DNA of 64,000 nucleotides from an uncultured delta proteobacterium (GCA_963711565.1 CAVQEQ010000001.1:672001-736000), one strand, 5' to 3'. Positions 19,696 to 35,583 are shown, numbered from the stretch's first letter. Numbers and translations are program-made. The notes: a model not told the origin generated them from the sequence alone.

Positions 19696-20754
19696 ATGAC
19701 TGACCTCGTTGTTCGCAACCTGACGCGCAGTTTCCCTTCCGGCGGAGGCGTATTCGACATTTCTCTGTCGGTGCGAAGCGGAGATTTTGTGGTTCTGCTG
19801 GGCCCTTCGGGATGCGGAAAAACTACCCTGCTGCGGCTGATCGCCGGCCTCGAATTTCCCGACAGCGGCGAAATTCAAATTGGCGGGGCGAACGCGTCGG
19901 CGGATAAAACGCGTCGCGAGTCGATCGCGATGGTCTTTCAGAATTTCGCGCTTTATCCGCACATGAACCTGTTTCAGAATATCGCCTTTCCCCTGAAGCT
20001 CCGGCACGTCGCCCGCGAGGAGATCGAACGACGTGTAAAAGAGAGCGCCGCCAAGGCGGGACTCGCGGTCGACCTCAAACGCTATCCGCACGAGTTGTCA
20101 GGCGGCGAACGTCAGCGCGTCGCGCTCGCTCGTGCGCTGGTGCGTGAGCCGGAAATCATATTGATGGACGAGGCGCTCGCGAGTCTGGACGCGCAATTGC
20201 GGTCTTCACTAAGGCTTGAGTTGAAAGAGTTTCAGCGCCGCACCGGACGCACCTTCTTATACGTGACTCACGATCAGGTCGAAGCGCTCGCGCTCGCGGA
20301 CATGCTGGTGGTGATGCGCGAAGGAAAGGTGGAGCAACTGGGAAGGCCGCAAGAGATTTTCGATTGTCCGCAGAGTGAATTTGTCGCGGCCTTCGTCGGT
20401 AGCCCGCCGATGAACTTCCTGCTTGCGGAAAGCGCGCCAAACAGAGAAAGCCTTATGGTTGAGGGCATCGATCTCAAAGTTAAGGCGCCCGAAGGCTGTC
20501 CCGCGAAAATCAAGCTCGGAATTCGCCCAAACAATCTGACACTGGAGACGGGCGAGGACCACGTACCTATGAATGTGACGGTCGAGAGCGTTGAGTTCTC
20601 GGGCGCAACGTATGTGGTGCACGCAAAGCTCGGCAATACTCCGATAGTCGCCGAGTTGTCTCGGCGCGTCAAAGCCGACGAGCATTTGATCCTCTATCTC
20701 GACACTGCGAGGGTGTATCTCTTCGATCCGTCCACAGGTCTGCGCGTTGCCTGA
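19696..20754 (+). CDS. Sugar ABC transporter ATP-binding subunit (MalK-like)
   Basis: GPSGCGKTT, VFQNFALYPHM, LSGGERQR, YVTHDQ, FVGSPPMN, TOBE-like C-terminus. Confidence 0.93.
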   Translation: MTDLVVRNLTRSFPSGGGVFDISLSVRSGDFVVLLGPSGCGKTTLLRLIAGLEFPDSGEIQIGGANASADKTRRESIAMVFQNFALYPHMNLFQNIAFPLKLRHVAREEIERRVKESAAKAGLAVDLKRYPHELSGGERQRVALARALVREPEIILMDEALASLDAQLRSSLRLELKEFQRRTGRTFLYVTHDQVEALALADMLVVMREGKVEQLGRPQEIFDCPQSEFVAAFVGSPPMNFLLAESAPNRESLMVEGIDLKVKAPEGCPAKIKLGIRPNNLTLETGEDHVPMNVTVESVEFSGATYVVHAKLGNTPIVAELSRRVKADEHLILYLDTARVYLFDPSTGLRVA

Positions 20755-20798
20755 CGCTCGACCGTATCACCAGGTCGTTGCTTTGCGAGAGCTACTGC

Positions 20799-23700
20799 TT
20801 ATGCCCGCAGGCTCTCATGGGTTCCAGGTTTAGTAACGATGACATCCTGCGCGAATGTACTTTCCAGTCCCAGCAACTGACCAATACTGAGCAGCGGAAT
20901 CAGCAGCCAATCGGGGCGATTGTTTAATTCGTAACTGAGTTCGTAAACAGCCTTCTCCATAACGTAGGCGTCAAGCAGAATTCTGAGTTCGTCGCGGCCT
21001 TTAGGAACGAACGGCGCGGGTCCAGCAGCCTCGAGGTAACCTCGCAGGAAGGACCATGACGACCACGTACGCCAGAAGTCCGTCCACGGCCGCATGCCGG
21101 CGAAATCGAATTTGCCCAGGGCTCCGGTTCTCAGTTGCGCGATGGTCGAAGTAAGCGCCGCGTAATGAAACGAGCGCAGCATCCCGGCCACGTCTCTCAA
21201 CGCCGAACGTTTGCGACGGCGCTCGCTCAGAGGACGCGCGGGCTCGCCTTCGAAGTCGATGATGGCGAAGTCCTTGCCGGTGTATAGCATCTGCCCCAGA
21301 TGCAGGTCCCCGTGGATGCGCATTCGCGTGACGCTCAGCCGGCAACGCAGAAAAGAGTCGAAGCGCGCGGCGATCAAGTTCTGATGCGATGCGACCAGTT
21401 GCACCTGATCGCGCAGTTTCACCGGGATAGCTGCCGCCCGGCTGTTGAGAGTGCGCATGACTCGCGCGAGCAAATTCTGCATCGATTGAAAAGTCGAACG
21501 TTGATGGAGCGTCGAGTAAGACTCAGGCGCAAAATCGGGGTCGTCGGCTGTGGAAGCCAACGCTAGATGAAGCTCGGCCAGACGCTTACCCATGAGTCGC
21601 GCCGCGTCGAGATAATGTCCAACCAACTCGACGGCTAACAGATCCGGTTGCGGCAACTCCAGCAACTCGATAAGTGACTTCTGGGTCGATGGCGCCGGGT
21701 CCGATCTGGTTGCCGCGTTCTCAAGAAAGCGGTCCAGTTCTCCCAGCGTGAACTGCCACGCATCGCCTTCGTTCGGGACGAAGCCCTGCAACATCGCGAG
21801 ATTTTTTCGCTCACCGTTTCCGGCGCGGTAATCGATCCAGCCTGCGAGCGGGGGGACGTGAGAAAACCTTTCGTGCGAGGTCAGGAACCGTCCGATCTCG
21901 AGGTCGGGATTCACGCCGGCCTCGATGCGCCGAAAGAGTTTGACTATGAAGCGATCGCCATAAACTGCCGAGCTGTTGCTCTGTTCTCCTTTCAGCACGC
22001 GCGGTTCCAGCGGCGACTCCGGATCGCCGCGCAACTGATGAAAGGCCTGGGTCGTGCCGGATATAAGTTCGCCGAACGACGCTCGATGACGGCGGCGCCG
22101 TGCGATTGTCTCGAGTAGAGCCTTCAGAAACTCCGGATCGACAGCCGCGTCGTAGAGGATTCCGTCGCCGTCGCCATTGCGCCCCGAGATATTCACTTCA
22201 GCAATTACGTGCTCCGGCCATCGCGTTCGCACCTCACGTCCGCGATCGCCGGTGGCGATAGCCAGTGGCAATAGATAGGTCTCCGGCTCGGAGTTGGAGT
22301 ATTCAACGTTCAGCAGTGCAAGTTGGGGAACCGCAGGACCTTCCATCATAGTCACCGTGCTGGCGATCCGAACTCCGGTTATCGAGCCAGTCTTCGCGCG
22401 GAACCATCGGCAATACGGAAGGTAGCGAGGTAACAGTCGCTCTAACTCTTCGCGAGCGTCGGCGTGCAAGCTGCCATCGAAGCCCGCTCTAATCTCGATG
22501 CGCGGAATCACATACTCGGATTGTTCGACAGCGCCGGTTGCGGGCTGTTCAAGAGAGAACCAGAAAAAGCCATGCGGCCCGAGTGTCAGCAGGTAGGGCA
22601 GATCTCCGATCGGCGGGAAAGGCGTACGGCCAAAGAGTTCGATCGGTACCGAACCCTTGAACCTGGCCAGATCGAGTTCTACATACTGCACAAAGCGCGA
22701 GAGGTTCGTGACCACCAGTATCAGCTGGTTTTCATGCGCACGAATAAAGGCCAACACGTGCGAATTTTCCGGGTTGAGAAACTCTATTGAGCCGCAGCCG
22801 AATGCCTTGATCTGTTTGCGCAACGCAACTAATCGGCGCATCCACCAAAGAAGCGAATGGCGATTACTCTCGTGCGCTTCGACGTTGACGCTCTGATAGT
22901 GGTACTCGGGATCGATTATCACCGGCAGAATAAGGCGCTGCGGGTTGGCCGAAGAAAACCCCGCGTTACGGTCCGCGCTCCATTGCATGGGAGTACGAAC
23001 CGCATCTCGATCGCCCAGGTAGACATTGTCTCCCATTCCGATTTCGTCGCCGTAATATATAAAGGGCGATCCCGGCAGCGAAAACAGCAACGCATTATTC
23101 AGTTCGATAGTACGCCGATGGTTGCCGAGCAGAGGCGCAAGGCGTCGGCGAATACCCAGATTGACTCGCATGCGCGCATCTTGCGCGTAGGCGCGATACA
23201 TATAATCGCGCTCTTCGTCAGTTACCATCTTGAGAGTCAACTCGTCATGGTTGCGCAGAAACAGTGCCCACTGGCAGGTGGGATCGATTCTCGGGGTCTG
23301 GCTCCAGATATCGGTTAGCGGAAATCTGTCTTCCATCCGTACCGACATGAACATCCGCGGCATCAGCGGGAAGTGGAACGCCATATTGCACTCCTTGCCT
23401 TCCGCCAGGTAGGCAACCGCTTCCTCGGGCCACTGATTTGCCTCGGCGAGCAACATTCGGTCGGCAAATCTTGCGTCGATATAAGCGCGCAGTTCACGCA
23501 GGAATGCGTGGGTCTCAGGAAGGTTCTCGCAATTTGTTCCTTCGCGTTTGAACAGGTATGGAACCGCGTCCAGCCTCAGCCCGTCCACACCTAGACCCAT
23601 CCAGAACGAGATCACTCGCCTGATTTCCCGGACTACAGCGGGATTGTCATAGTTAAGGTCGGGTTGGTGCGAGTAGAACCGATGGAAATAGTAGGCCTTG

Positions 23701-24206
23701 GCGACCGGGTCCCATGACCAATTGGATGGCTCGAAGTCCTGAAAAATGATCCGCGCATCCTTGTAGCGTTCTGGCGTATCGCTCCAGATATAGTAATCGC
23801 GATGCATACTTCCGGCAGGAGAACGTCGCGCCCGCTGAAACCATTGGTGACGATCCGAGGTATGATTGAGTACTAACTCAGTTATTACTCTTAGATCGTG
23901 CCGATGGGCTTCGCGTATGAATAGTTTGAAATCGCGGAGAGTGCCGCAGTCTGGATGCACATTGGTGTAGTCGGCAATATCGTAACCGTCATCCCGCATC
24001 GGAGAGGGATAGAACGGAAGCAGCCAGAGCGTCGTCACTCCCAAAGACTGTAGGTAGTCGAGCTTCGCAGTCAGACCGGGAAAATCGCCCACTCCGTCGC
24101 CATTGCTGTCGTAGAAAGAGCGAACGCGAAGTTCGTAGAAGATGGCGTTCTTGTACCACAGAAGATCAGACTTAGTACCGTTTTCAGATTGATTATTTGT
24201 AAGCAC
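20799..24206 (-). CDS. treS: Trehalose synthase fused to maltokinase (TreS-Mak/Pep2)
   Basis: [71 protein letters not shown]-terminal kinase part: [32 protein letters not shown]. Confidence 0.96.
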   Translation of the reverse strand: MLTNNQSENGTKSDLLWYKNAIFYELRVRSFYDSNGDGVGDFPGLTAKLDYLQSLGVTTLWLLPFYPSPMRDDGYDIADYTNVHPDCGTLRDFKLFIREAHRHDLRVITELVLNHTSDRHQWFQRARRSPAGSMHRDYYIWSDTPERYKDARIIFQDFEPSNWSWDPVAKAYYFHRFYSHQPDLNYDNPAVVREIRRVISFWMGLGVDGLRLDAVPYLFKREGTNCENLPETHAFLRELRAYIDARFADRMLLAEANQWPEEAVAYLAEGKECNMAFHFPLMPRMFMSVRMEDRFPLTDIWSQTPRIDPTCQWALFLRNHDELTLKMVTDEERDYMYRAYAQDARMRVNLGIRRRLAPLLGNHRRTIELNNALLFSLPGSPFIYYGDEIGMGDNVYLGDRDAVRTPMQWSADRNAGFSSANPQRLILPVIIDPEYHYQSVNVEAHESNRHSLLWWMRRLVALRKQIKAFGCGSIEFLNPENSHVLAFIRAHENQLILVVTNLSRFVQYVELDLARFKGSVPIELFGRTPFPPIGDLPYLLTLGPHGFFWFSLEQPATGAVEQSEYVIPRIEIRAGFDGSLHADAREELERLLPRYLPYCRWFRAKTGSITGVRIASTVTMMEGPAVPQLALLNVEYSNSEPETYLLPLAIATGDRGREVRTRWPEHVIAEVNISGRNGDGDGILYDAAVDPEFLKALLETIARRRRHRASFGELISGTTQAFHQLRGDPESPLEPRVLKGEQSNSSAVYGDRFIVKLFRRIEAGVNPDLEIGRFLTSHERFSHVPPLAGWIDYRAGNGERKNLAMLQGFVPNEGDAWQFTLGELDRFLENAATRSDPAPSTQKSLIELLELPQPDLLAVELVGHYLDAARLMGKRLAELHLALASTADDPDFAPESYSTLHQRSTFQSMQNLLARVMRTLNSRAAAIPVKLRDQVQLVASHQNLIAARFDSFLRCRLSVTRMRIHGDLHLGQMLYTGKDFAIIDFEGEPARPLSERRRKRSALRDVAGMLRSFHYAALTSTIAQLRTGALGKFDFAGMRPWTDFWRTWSSWSFLRGYLEAAGPAPFVPKGRDELRILLDAYVMEKAVYELSYELNNRPDWLLIPLLSIGQLLGLESTFAQDVIVTKPGTHESLRA

Positions 24207-24215
24207 GCCTGGAAC

Positions 24216-26204
24216 TCACACGCGCTCTCCAACGCGAAAAATGTGGGCAGGCTCGGAAGCCGGATCGAGCCGCACGTAGTTACGATCGGACCACACATAT
24301 TCGGCCCCGGTCAGAAGGTCTGTGACGCGAAAGCTGCTTTTCGGAGCGACGCCGGCTACCTCCGGCGGGACCAGCGCCGTGCAATATTGTGGGTTCAGGG
24401 GATCCAGATTGACGGCGACCAGGACAACGTTCTTCTTGTCCGGGGTAGCTTTGGAGAAGAACAGGATTTGATCGTTGTCACTATCCAGAAACTGCAGATT
24501 CAGAAACTGTTGGAGCGCGGGATTTTCGCGACGAATCGAGTTCACGCGGCCGATGAACTCCTTGATGTTACCGGGTTGGTTCCAGTCGCGGGATTTGATC
24601 TCGTATTTCTCGGAATTCAAATACTCTTCGGTTCCAGGAACTGCCCGGTTTTCGCACAGTTCAAAGCCGTTGTAGATTCCGTAAGACGGCGACAGAGTGG
24701 CCGCCAGCACCAGCCTCATCCTGAAGGCGGCGGGACCTCCTGTTTGCAGGACCGGCGCAAGGATATCGGGAGTGTTGGTGAAGAAATTCGGCCGGAAATA
24801 TTCCCGCATCGGAGACTGCGTCAGTTCAGTCAGGTACTCGGTTAGCTCACGCTTGGTGTTGCGCCAGGTGAAGTAGGTATAAGACTGAGTAAACCCGGCC
24901 TTAGCCAGTGCCTTCATCATCTTGGGGCGCGTGAAAGCTTCGGCCAGGAAGATAGCTTCAGGATTAGTAGCCTGCACCTGATTGATTAGCCAATTCCAGA
25001 ACTGCACAGGCTTGGTGTGAGGATTGTCAACGCGAAAGATCCTTACGCCACGCTCGATCCAGAATCTGACTACGCGCTCCAGCTCTTCGAACAATCCGCG
25101 CTGATCGGGAGTATCGAAGTCGATCGGAAATATATCCTGGTATTCCTTAGGTGGATTCTCAGCGTATTTGATGCTGCCGTCAGGTCGACGATAGAACCAC
25201 TGCGGATGCTGACAGACCCACGGATGATCCGGCGAGCATTGAATCGCGAAATCCAGTGCGACTTCCATTCCAAGACGATTGGCGGTCGCGTTGAAATGAT
25301 CGAAGTCGTCCAGGGTGCCGATCGACGGATCGATCGCGGTATGCCCTCCGGCCTCATTGCCGATTGCCCACGGGCTGCCGGGCGAATTCGCTCCGCCGTT
25401 CGTGGCATTATTCGGACCCTTGCGATTGGTGTGACCGATCGGATGGATCGGAGGCAGATAGATGACGTCAAAGCCCAGGTCGCGGAGCTCGGGCAAGCGG
25501 CGCTCGGCATCCCGGAAGGTACCGGACTTAGCTGAGTCAGATCCCTGCGAGCGCACAAACATTTCGTACCAGGTTCCGAAGCGCGCTTTCTCGCGATCGA
25601 CGACCAATTCGAGCAGCGGCTCGACTCTCGTCGCACCAAATCGTGGACCGACCCGATTAGCTGCGGCAGAAATCCCCGGGTCACTGACCGCCGCGAGCGC
25701 CGCCGCCCCGTCGGTTGTGATTCGCAATCGCACAAGCGCACGTTCGAGCAAGTCGCGATCGGCAGCGCGCGCGCTCGGAACCATCTTCTCGAACAGAGAA
25801 ATCCCCTCGAGAACGTCGGACGCGACCGGACGCGCCGCTTTTACTTTGCTGGTAAAGTCCGCGAGCCAGGTGGCAAAGAGGTCAGTCCACGCTTCAATCG
25901 TGAATACGTATCGCGCATTCTCGGTTGGGCGGAATTCGCCGCGCCACCGATCATTGCCGAGTGCAACCATCGGCGCTTCGTCAAAGACCTCCTCTTGCTT
26001 GCGACGCCATTTGACCGCCGCGCGCAGTACTTGATGCCCGTCGCGAAAAATGTCGGCTTCAACGACGCATGGCTCGCCTGCTATTCGCTTTGCTGGATAG
26101 CGGCCGCCGTCAACCGAAGGGGTTACGTCTTCGATGAGGATATGGCTCAAATGCCATCTGGGCGACGCCAGTTGGGAATCGGTGTGTGCTTGTGACGAAG
26201 ACAT
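24216..26204 (-). CDS. glgE: Alpha-1,4-glucan:maltose-1-phosphate maltosyltransferase
   Basis: ADIFRDGH, WYEMFVRS, YLPPIHPIG, GSPWAIG, QCSPDHP, YAENPPKEYQDI, FRVDNPHTKP, LAEAFT, SYTYFTW, NTPDIL. Confidence 0.96.
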   Translation of the reverse strand: MSSSQAHTDSQLASPRWHLSHILIEDVTPSVDGGRYPAKRIAGEPCVVEADIFRDGHQVLRAAVKWRRKQEEVFDEAPMVALGNDRWRGEFRPTENARYVFTIEAWTDLFATWLADFTSKVKAARPVASDVLEGISLFEKMVPSARAADRDLLERALVRLRITTDGAAALAAVSDPGISAAANRVGPRFGATRVEPLLELVVDREKARFGTWYEMFVRSQGSDSAKSGTFRDAERRLPELRDLGFDVIYLPPIHPIGHTNRKGPNNATNGGANSPGSPWAIGNEAGGHTAIDPSIGTLDDFDHFNATANRLGMEVALDFAIQCSPDHPWVCQHPQWFYRRPDGSIKYAENPPKEYQDIFPIDFDTPDQRGLFEELERVVRFWIERGVRIFRVDNPHTKPVQFWNWLINQVQATNPEAIFLAEAFTRPKMMKALAKAGFTQSYTYFTWRNTKRELTEYLTELTQSPMREYFRPNFFTNTPDILAPVLQTGGPAAFRMRLVLAATLSPSYGIYNGFELCENRAVPGTEEYLNSEKYEIKSRDWNQPGNIKEFIGRVNSIRRENPALQQFLNLQFLDSDNDQILFFSKATPDKKNVVLVAVNLDPLNPQYCTALVPPEVAGVAPKSSFRVTDLLTGAEYVWSDRNYVRLDPASEPAHIFRVGERV

Positions 26205-26283
26205 CGCCGGCCGGAACTATCCAAAGAAACGCAGTTTTCATTCGGCTCGAGAGCTGAGCCCTTGTGTCAACTGCTGCAAATAA

Positions 26284-26298
26284 GCAACTCAAAGGCCA
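26284..26298 (-). promoter_or_regulatory. sigma-54 promoter of glgE-treS
   Basis: Minus strand TGGCCTTTGAGTTGC. Confidence 0.65.
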
Positions 26299-26399
26299 AT
26301 AGTTAGCCGGAATTTGATGCTGCGAAAGAATGGGTGCCTCGAGTCCTGACCACGAAAAAAGGAAAAATTTACACAGCACACTTTCAACGGCGAAGTACG

Positions 26400-26948
26400 C
26401 TAGGCATCTCCGGCGAACGATTTGAGCATTTCGCGTACAAATGCAGGCAGGTCGTTCGGTTTGCGGCTGGTGGTCAGCCAACCGTCCTGCACGACCTCGC
26501 GATCGACCCAATTGCCTCCAGCGTTGCGAATGTCTGTCTCCAGCGAAAACCATGAAGTAAGAGTGCGACCGCGCGCGACATCGGCTTCGATCAACATCCA
26601 CGGACCGTGGCCAATTGCGGCTATAGGTTTTCGGCTCTCGAAGAACGACCTGACGAACTTCACCGCTTCCGGCATGATGCGAAGCGCGTCATCGTTGGCC
26701 ACGCCACCGGGCAACACGAGCGCATCGTAGTCGTTGGGATCGGCGAAACTGAGCGGTACGTCCCACGCAAACTTCTCGCCTTCGCTGTAGTAGACGACCG
26801 CCTGGACCTTGGCGGTATTCGCGGGCGCGACGAGATCAGTAGTGGCTCCCGCTTTTTCGAGCGCCGCGCGGGGCTCAGTAATTTCCGATTGTTCGACACC
26901 GTTGGTGCACAAGATCGCAATAGTCTTTCCGGCGAGTCCTTTAGTCAT
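26400..26948 (-). CDS. PfpI/DJ-1 (YhbO-like) family protein; the nucleophile Cys is replaced by Gly
   Basis: GVEQSE, YDALVLPGG, KPIAAIGHGPW (canonical AICHGPW), NAGGNWVD, TSRKPNDL. Confidence 0.88.
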   Translation of the reverse strand: MTKGLAGKTIAILCTNGVEQSEITEPRAALEKAGATTDLVAPANTAKVQAVVYYSEGEKFAWDVPLSFADPNDYDALVLPGGVANDDALRIMPEAVKFVRSFFESRKPIAAIGHGPWMLIEADVARGRTLTSWFSLETDIRNAGGNWVDREVVQDGWLTTSRKPNDLPAFVREMLKSFAGDA

Positions 26949-27004
26949 GATCAGGAACTCCCTTAGAAAATCGACGATGGTCAGGTCGAATTGAAGAAAT
27001 TACA

Positions 27005-27019
27005 GCAAGAGGCGAGCCA
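27005..27019 (-). promoter_or_regulatory. sigma-54 promoter of pfpI
   Basis: Minus strand TGGCTCGCCTCTTGC. Confidence 0.65.
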
Positions 27020-27069
27020 AAATTTCGCCAAAAGATCCAAGGCAATCCAAATCTCGGGTGGTTGAAACT

Positions 27070-27084
27070 CTGTAAGAACTACAG
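27070..27084. promoter_or_regulatory. Palindromic candidate enhancer box CTGTA-N5-TACAG
   Basis: CTGTAAGAACTACAG, about 50 nt upstream of the pfpI sigma-54 site. The same motif recurs at 43435 and 45447. Confidence 0.5.
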
Positions 27085-27095
27085 GCTTAAGAGGC

Positions 27096-29099
27096 TCATC
27101 TCGATCGAGAGATAAGAAGGTGCTCGATTGTCTCCACCAACTGCTCAGGTTCTACAGGCTTGACGATGCATCGCTGGAACCCTTCGGCCAGCGCGCGCTC
27201 CTTGTCGTTGCCGCTGCCGAGGCCGGTGAGCGCCAACGCGATCATTTGTTGTTCCGGAATGCGCTCGCGAACTGCGCGAATAAACTGGTAGCCGTCAACT
27301 GCGGGCATGCCGATGTCGCTGACGAGGACAGCGGGCACCGAACGAGCGATTTCGGCTAGCGCCTCTGCGGCCGAGGCCGCAGTTACGGTCTGCGCGCCGT
27401 AGTACCGCAGGAGTTCGGCGAGCACTTCGCGCGAATCGATCTCATCATCGACGACCAAGATTGAAACGCCCGCCAGTTTCAGAGGCTTTGGACCGGTCTC
27501 AACTTCGGCGCTCGCCGCTGTCGCTGCCCTGGAGTTTAGAAGAGGGAGGCGGATCGAGAAGGTGGCGCCCTTACCGGGACCATCGCTGGTGGCTTCCACA
27601 GTGCCCGCGTGGAGCTCGACCAGGTTACGGACGATCGACAGGCCGAGACCCAAGCCGCCGTGGGCGCGAGTGCTGCCGCTGTCGGCTTGGCTGAACCTGT
27701 CGAACACGCGCGGCAGAAAATCAGGAGAGATTCCCTGGCCAGTATCGTGCACAGCTAACGTCAGATCGTCCTCACGTTGTTCGATGCGAACCGTTATGCG
27801 CCCGGCGCGCGGGGTGAATTTGATCGCGTTGGACAGCAGGTTCCAGACGATTTGTTGAAGCCTGTCTGGATCGCCTCTGACTTCGTCAGCCTGGGCCGTC
27901 ATCTCGAATTCAAGCGCGATACCCTTTGCGTCGGCGGTCGGCCGCACTGCTGCGAGGGCGGCGTCGACCACAGCGCGCATTGGGACCGCTCGGAAAGTCA
28001 TATTTATTTTGCCGCGGCTGATTCGCGAGACGTTGAGAATATCGTCGATAAGCGCCGTCTGAAGATGCACGTTGCGTTCGACCGTCTCTAACGCCTTTGA
28101 GGACTTGCCGGCGTCGAGGTTGCCGGAGCGCAGCAGGTGGATCCAGCCGACGATCGCATTGAGCGGATTGCGCAGTTCGTGCGAGACGGTCGCGAGAAAT
28201 TCCTCCTTCATGCGGTTGGCATCTTCGGCTTTTTCGAGCGCTTGATGCTCTGCGTCGATGTCGGTCGCGGCGACGATCCAGCCGGTTACTTTCCCGGATT
28301 CATCGCGCTGCGGAACTCCGCGCAGCAGGAACCATCGGTACGCGCCGTCGGAATGCCGCCTCAGGCGAATCCGCACCTCTGACGACCGTTGCAAGCTGGT
28401 GGCGAGCCGCCATTCGGTTTTGGTCATCTCGATATCGTCAGCATGCACGAATTCAAACAGCCGATCGGCGCCGACCGCTACCGAAGCCTGGAGCCCGATA
28501 TATTCGGCGGCGCGCTGGTTCCAGTAGTAGAAAGTCTGATCGGCGCGCGCGACCCAGACACACTGCGGCAGCGCGTCCATCAGCGAGCGGAAGCGCAACT
28601 CGCTGCGCCGCTCGAACGCCTCGCGATCGCGCTGACGCAGCAGCCCCGCCTGCCGTTTGATCATCTGCTCCTTCTGGTACAGGTCGACGAAGACCGACAC
28701 CTTGGAGCGCAGGATTTCGGGGTCGAACGGCTTGAGCAAAAAATCGACTGCGCCACGCTCGTAACCGCTGACAACGTCGGCGTTGGCGATTGGCACGGCG
28801 GTCAGAAAAATAATTGGAATTCGCGCGGCGCTCTCGCGCCGGCTGATCACTTCGGCGGTGCGGAGCCCGTCCATTCCCGGCATTCGCACGTCCATCAGGA
28901 TAACGGCGAATTCCTCGCCCTGAAGTTTCTCCAGCGCTTCTTCGCCGGACATGGCGCGCACAAGGTGCTGATCGATAGGATCAAGGATTGCCTCGAGCGC
29001 CAGCAGATTCGCCGGGCGGTCATCCACCAGCAGGATGCTGGCCTTCATGCCCGCGGCCGCCGGGATTCGCTCGATCTGCGATGCTTCCTGCGGTTTCAT
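27096..29099 (-). CDS. Cytoplasmic hybrid sensor kinase (REC-PAS-HisKA-HATPase-REC)
   Basis: ILLVDD...ILMDVRMP...KP; PAS/PAC (VHADD, DGAYRWF); SHELRNPL; WNLLSNAIKFT; DTGQGI; GGLGLGL; C-terminal SDIGMP. Confidence 0.93.
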   Translation of the reverse strand: MKPQEASQIERIPAAAGMKASILLVDDRPANLLALEAILDPIDQHLVRAMSGEEALEKLQGEEFAVILMDVRMPGMDGLRTAEVISRRESAARIPIIFLTAVPIANADVVSGYERGAVDFLLKPFDPEILRSKVSVFVDLYQKEQMIKRQAGLLRQRDREAFERRSELRFRSLMDALPQCVWVARADQTFYYWNQRAAEYIGLQASVAVGADRLFEFVHADDIEMTKTEWRLATSLQRSSEVRIRLRRHSDGAYRWFLLRGVPQRDESGKVTGWIVAATDIDAEHQALEKAEDANRMKEEFLATVSHELRNPLNAIVGWIHLLRSGNLDAGKSSKALETVERNVHLQTALIDDILNVSRISRGKINMTFRAVPMRAVVDAALAAVRPTADAKGIALEFEMTAQADEVRGDPDRLQQIVWNLLSNAIKFTPRAGRITVRIEQREDDLTLAVHDTGQGISPDFLPRVFDRFSQADSGSTRAHGGLGLGLSIVRNLVELHAGTVEATSDGPGKGATFSIRLPLLNSRAATAASAEVETGPKPLKLAGVSILVVDDEIDSREVLAELLRYYGAQTVTAASAAEALAEIARSVPAVLVSDIGMPAVDGYQFIRAVRERIPEQQMIALALTGLGSGNDKERALAEGFQRCIVKPVEPEQLVETIEHLLISRSR

Positions 29100-29102
29100 G
29101 AC

Positions 29103-34208
<5,106 letters not shown>

Positions 34209-34303
34209 TGGATGACGCTCCTGATCACCTCGTAAGATGGCCTGAACCCTCTCCAACCGTCGCCAGGAAAAATTTACACAAGTAGAAAGGTGGCACGTTG
34301 GAA

Positions 34304-34318
34304 GCAGAAAATGTGCCG
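34304..34318 (-). promoter_or_regulatory. sigma-54 promoter of the kinase operon
   Basis: Minus strand CGGCACATTTTCTGC. Confidence 0.55.
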
Positions 34319-34520
34319 CTGGGGGAGCGCGACTGAACAAACCGCTTTGAAGCTGATAAATGCTCTAGAATTTACGCGCTCGACGGATCATTTTGATCGT
34401 CGGCAAGACTCGAAATTCCGAGGATCGTGAAAATTCTTCGGATAGATTTTTCACGGTTCATACCCCGCCTTAGTCTGCCGTCGGTAAAATCCGCAATATT
34501 CGTTCGGCCATCTCTAATGT

Positions 34521-34535
34521 CGGCCCACAGTTTGC
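34521..34535 (+). promoter_or_regulatory. sigma-54 promoter of the M23 peptidase
   Basis: CGGCCCACAGTTTGC immediately upstream of the ORF. Confidence 0.55.
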
Positions 34536-34545
34536 TATTTTCGGT

Positions 34546-35223
34546 GTGTTAGGTCGTATCTGGGTCTGCGCACTGTCTGTAGGTCTCTCGGCAGCAACCG
34601 GGACTTCGCCGCTGAATATCGGAGCACCGCTCGACACTTTGAAGCCGGCGGAACTGCACGATTCTTTCAACGAGGTTCACAACGGGCATCGTCACGAAGC
34701 GATCGACATAATGAGACCGCGCGGCACGCCAGTCCTCGCGGTCACTGATGGCGTCATTCGGAAGCTCTTCGTCAGCGTCCCGGGCGGCCTCACAATTTAC
34801 GAGTTCGATCGGACGGGAACCTACTGCTACTACTACGCGCATCTGGACCGCTATGCAGCGGGACTTCGCGAAGAGATGCCGGTCGCGCGTGGTGACGTGA
34901 TCGGATACGTGGGCACGACCGGGAACGCGGCGCCGGATGCACCTCAGCTCCACTTCGCGATCACCAGGCTTGGTCCCGACAAAAGTTGGTGGAGGGGCGA
35001 GCCGATCGATCCTTATCCAATTCTGATGCGCGTCGTGAACGGCAAGGACACCGACGCAGCTCTTCAAGACCGCGGATGTCCATACGGCTTCAAGACTTTT
35101 TCGAGAGCCGCCAGCGTTGCCCGATTTGCGGCGAGATGCCGCTCGAGCATCGTGCGCGTGGGGGGAGGAAGGTCCTTGCATAGAGCTTTGTCATACTCGT
35201 CGATAACGTCGAGGGCATCCTGA
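34546..35223 (+). CDS. M23 family metallopeptidase
   Basis: HEAID (HxxxD), GTPVLAV, YYYAHL, IGYVGTTGNA, QLHF (first His of HxH is Gln), IDPYP; signal-like N-terminus. Confidence 0.85.
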   Translation: MLGRIWVCALSVGLSAATGTSPLNIGAPLDTLKPAELHDSFNEVHNGHRHEAIDIMRPRGTPVLAVTDGVIRKLFVSVPGGLTIYEFDRTGTYCYYYAHLDRYAAGLREEMPVARGDVIGYVGTTGNAAPDAPQLHFAITRLGPDKSWWRGEPIDPYPILMRVVNGKDTDAALQDRGCPYGFKTFSRAASVARFAARCRSSIVRVGGGRSLHRALSYSSITSRAS

Positions 35224-35519
35224 CGACACCATTCGACGACGCCGGTGTCGCCCTTGCTCATGACCACGCTAAGGTCCATTGCGGCCCGATCGATGAATCC
35301 GCCGACGCTGCCCGATTCTCCCCCCGGCTGCTCGCTCTCGCCGCCCAACCGCTTGCGCTCGAGATTCAATTCATCCGCATCGCGCCGGCGCGCCGCTTCC
35401 TGTTGTTCGAAAAACTGCACGAGCTTTTCCTTGCCGACATCGGCCGCCGCCCGGCGATAACGTTCGGCGCTGTCCACGCAAATCTTGACGAGGTTATCGA
35501 GGAGTTTAAGATTTTTCAT
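35064..35519 (-). CDS. PA2169/DUF2383 four-helix-bundle (ferritin-like) stress protein
   Basis: ATG 35519 with AAGGAGG; LVKICVDSAERYRRAA, GSVGGFIDRA, EYDKAL..DLPP. Confidence 0.8.
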   Translation of the reverse strand: MKNLKLLDNLVKICVDSAERYRRAAADVGKEKLVQFFEQQEAARRRDADELNLERKRLGGESEQPGGESGSVGGFIDRAAMDLSVVMSKGDTGVVEWCRQDALDVIDEYDKALCKDLPPPTRTMLERHLAANRATLAALEKVLKPYGHPRS

Positions 35520-35568
35520 GGCGCGAGCCTCCTTGTTGAGCATGTGACGCGTCGGCGATATTCAAGTC

Positions 35569-35583
35569 GCAAGAGGCGGGCCA
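35569..35583 (-). promoter_or_regulatory. sigma-54 promoter of the PA2169-family gene
   Basis: Minus strand TGGCCCGCCTCTTGC, identical to the pfpI site at 14 of 15 positions. Confidence 0.65.

Noticed and set aside
34291-34305. Plus-strand TGGCACGTTGGAAGC as an additional sigma-54 promoter
   Set aside because: The -12 element is AAGC, and a better-placed site exists at 34521; not counted.
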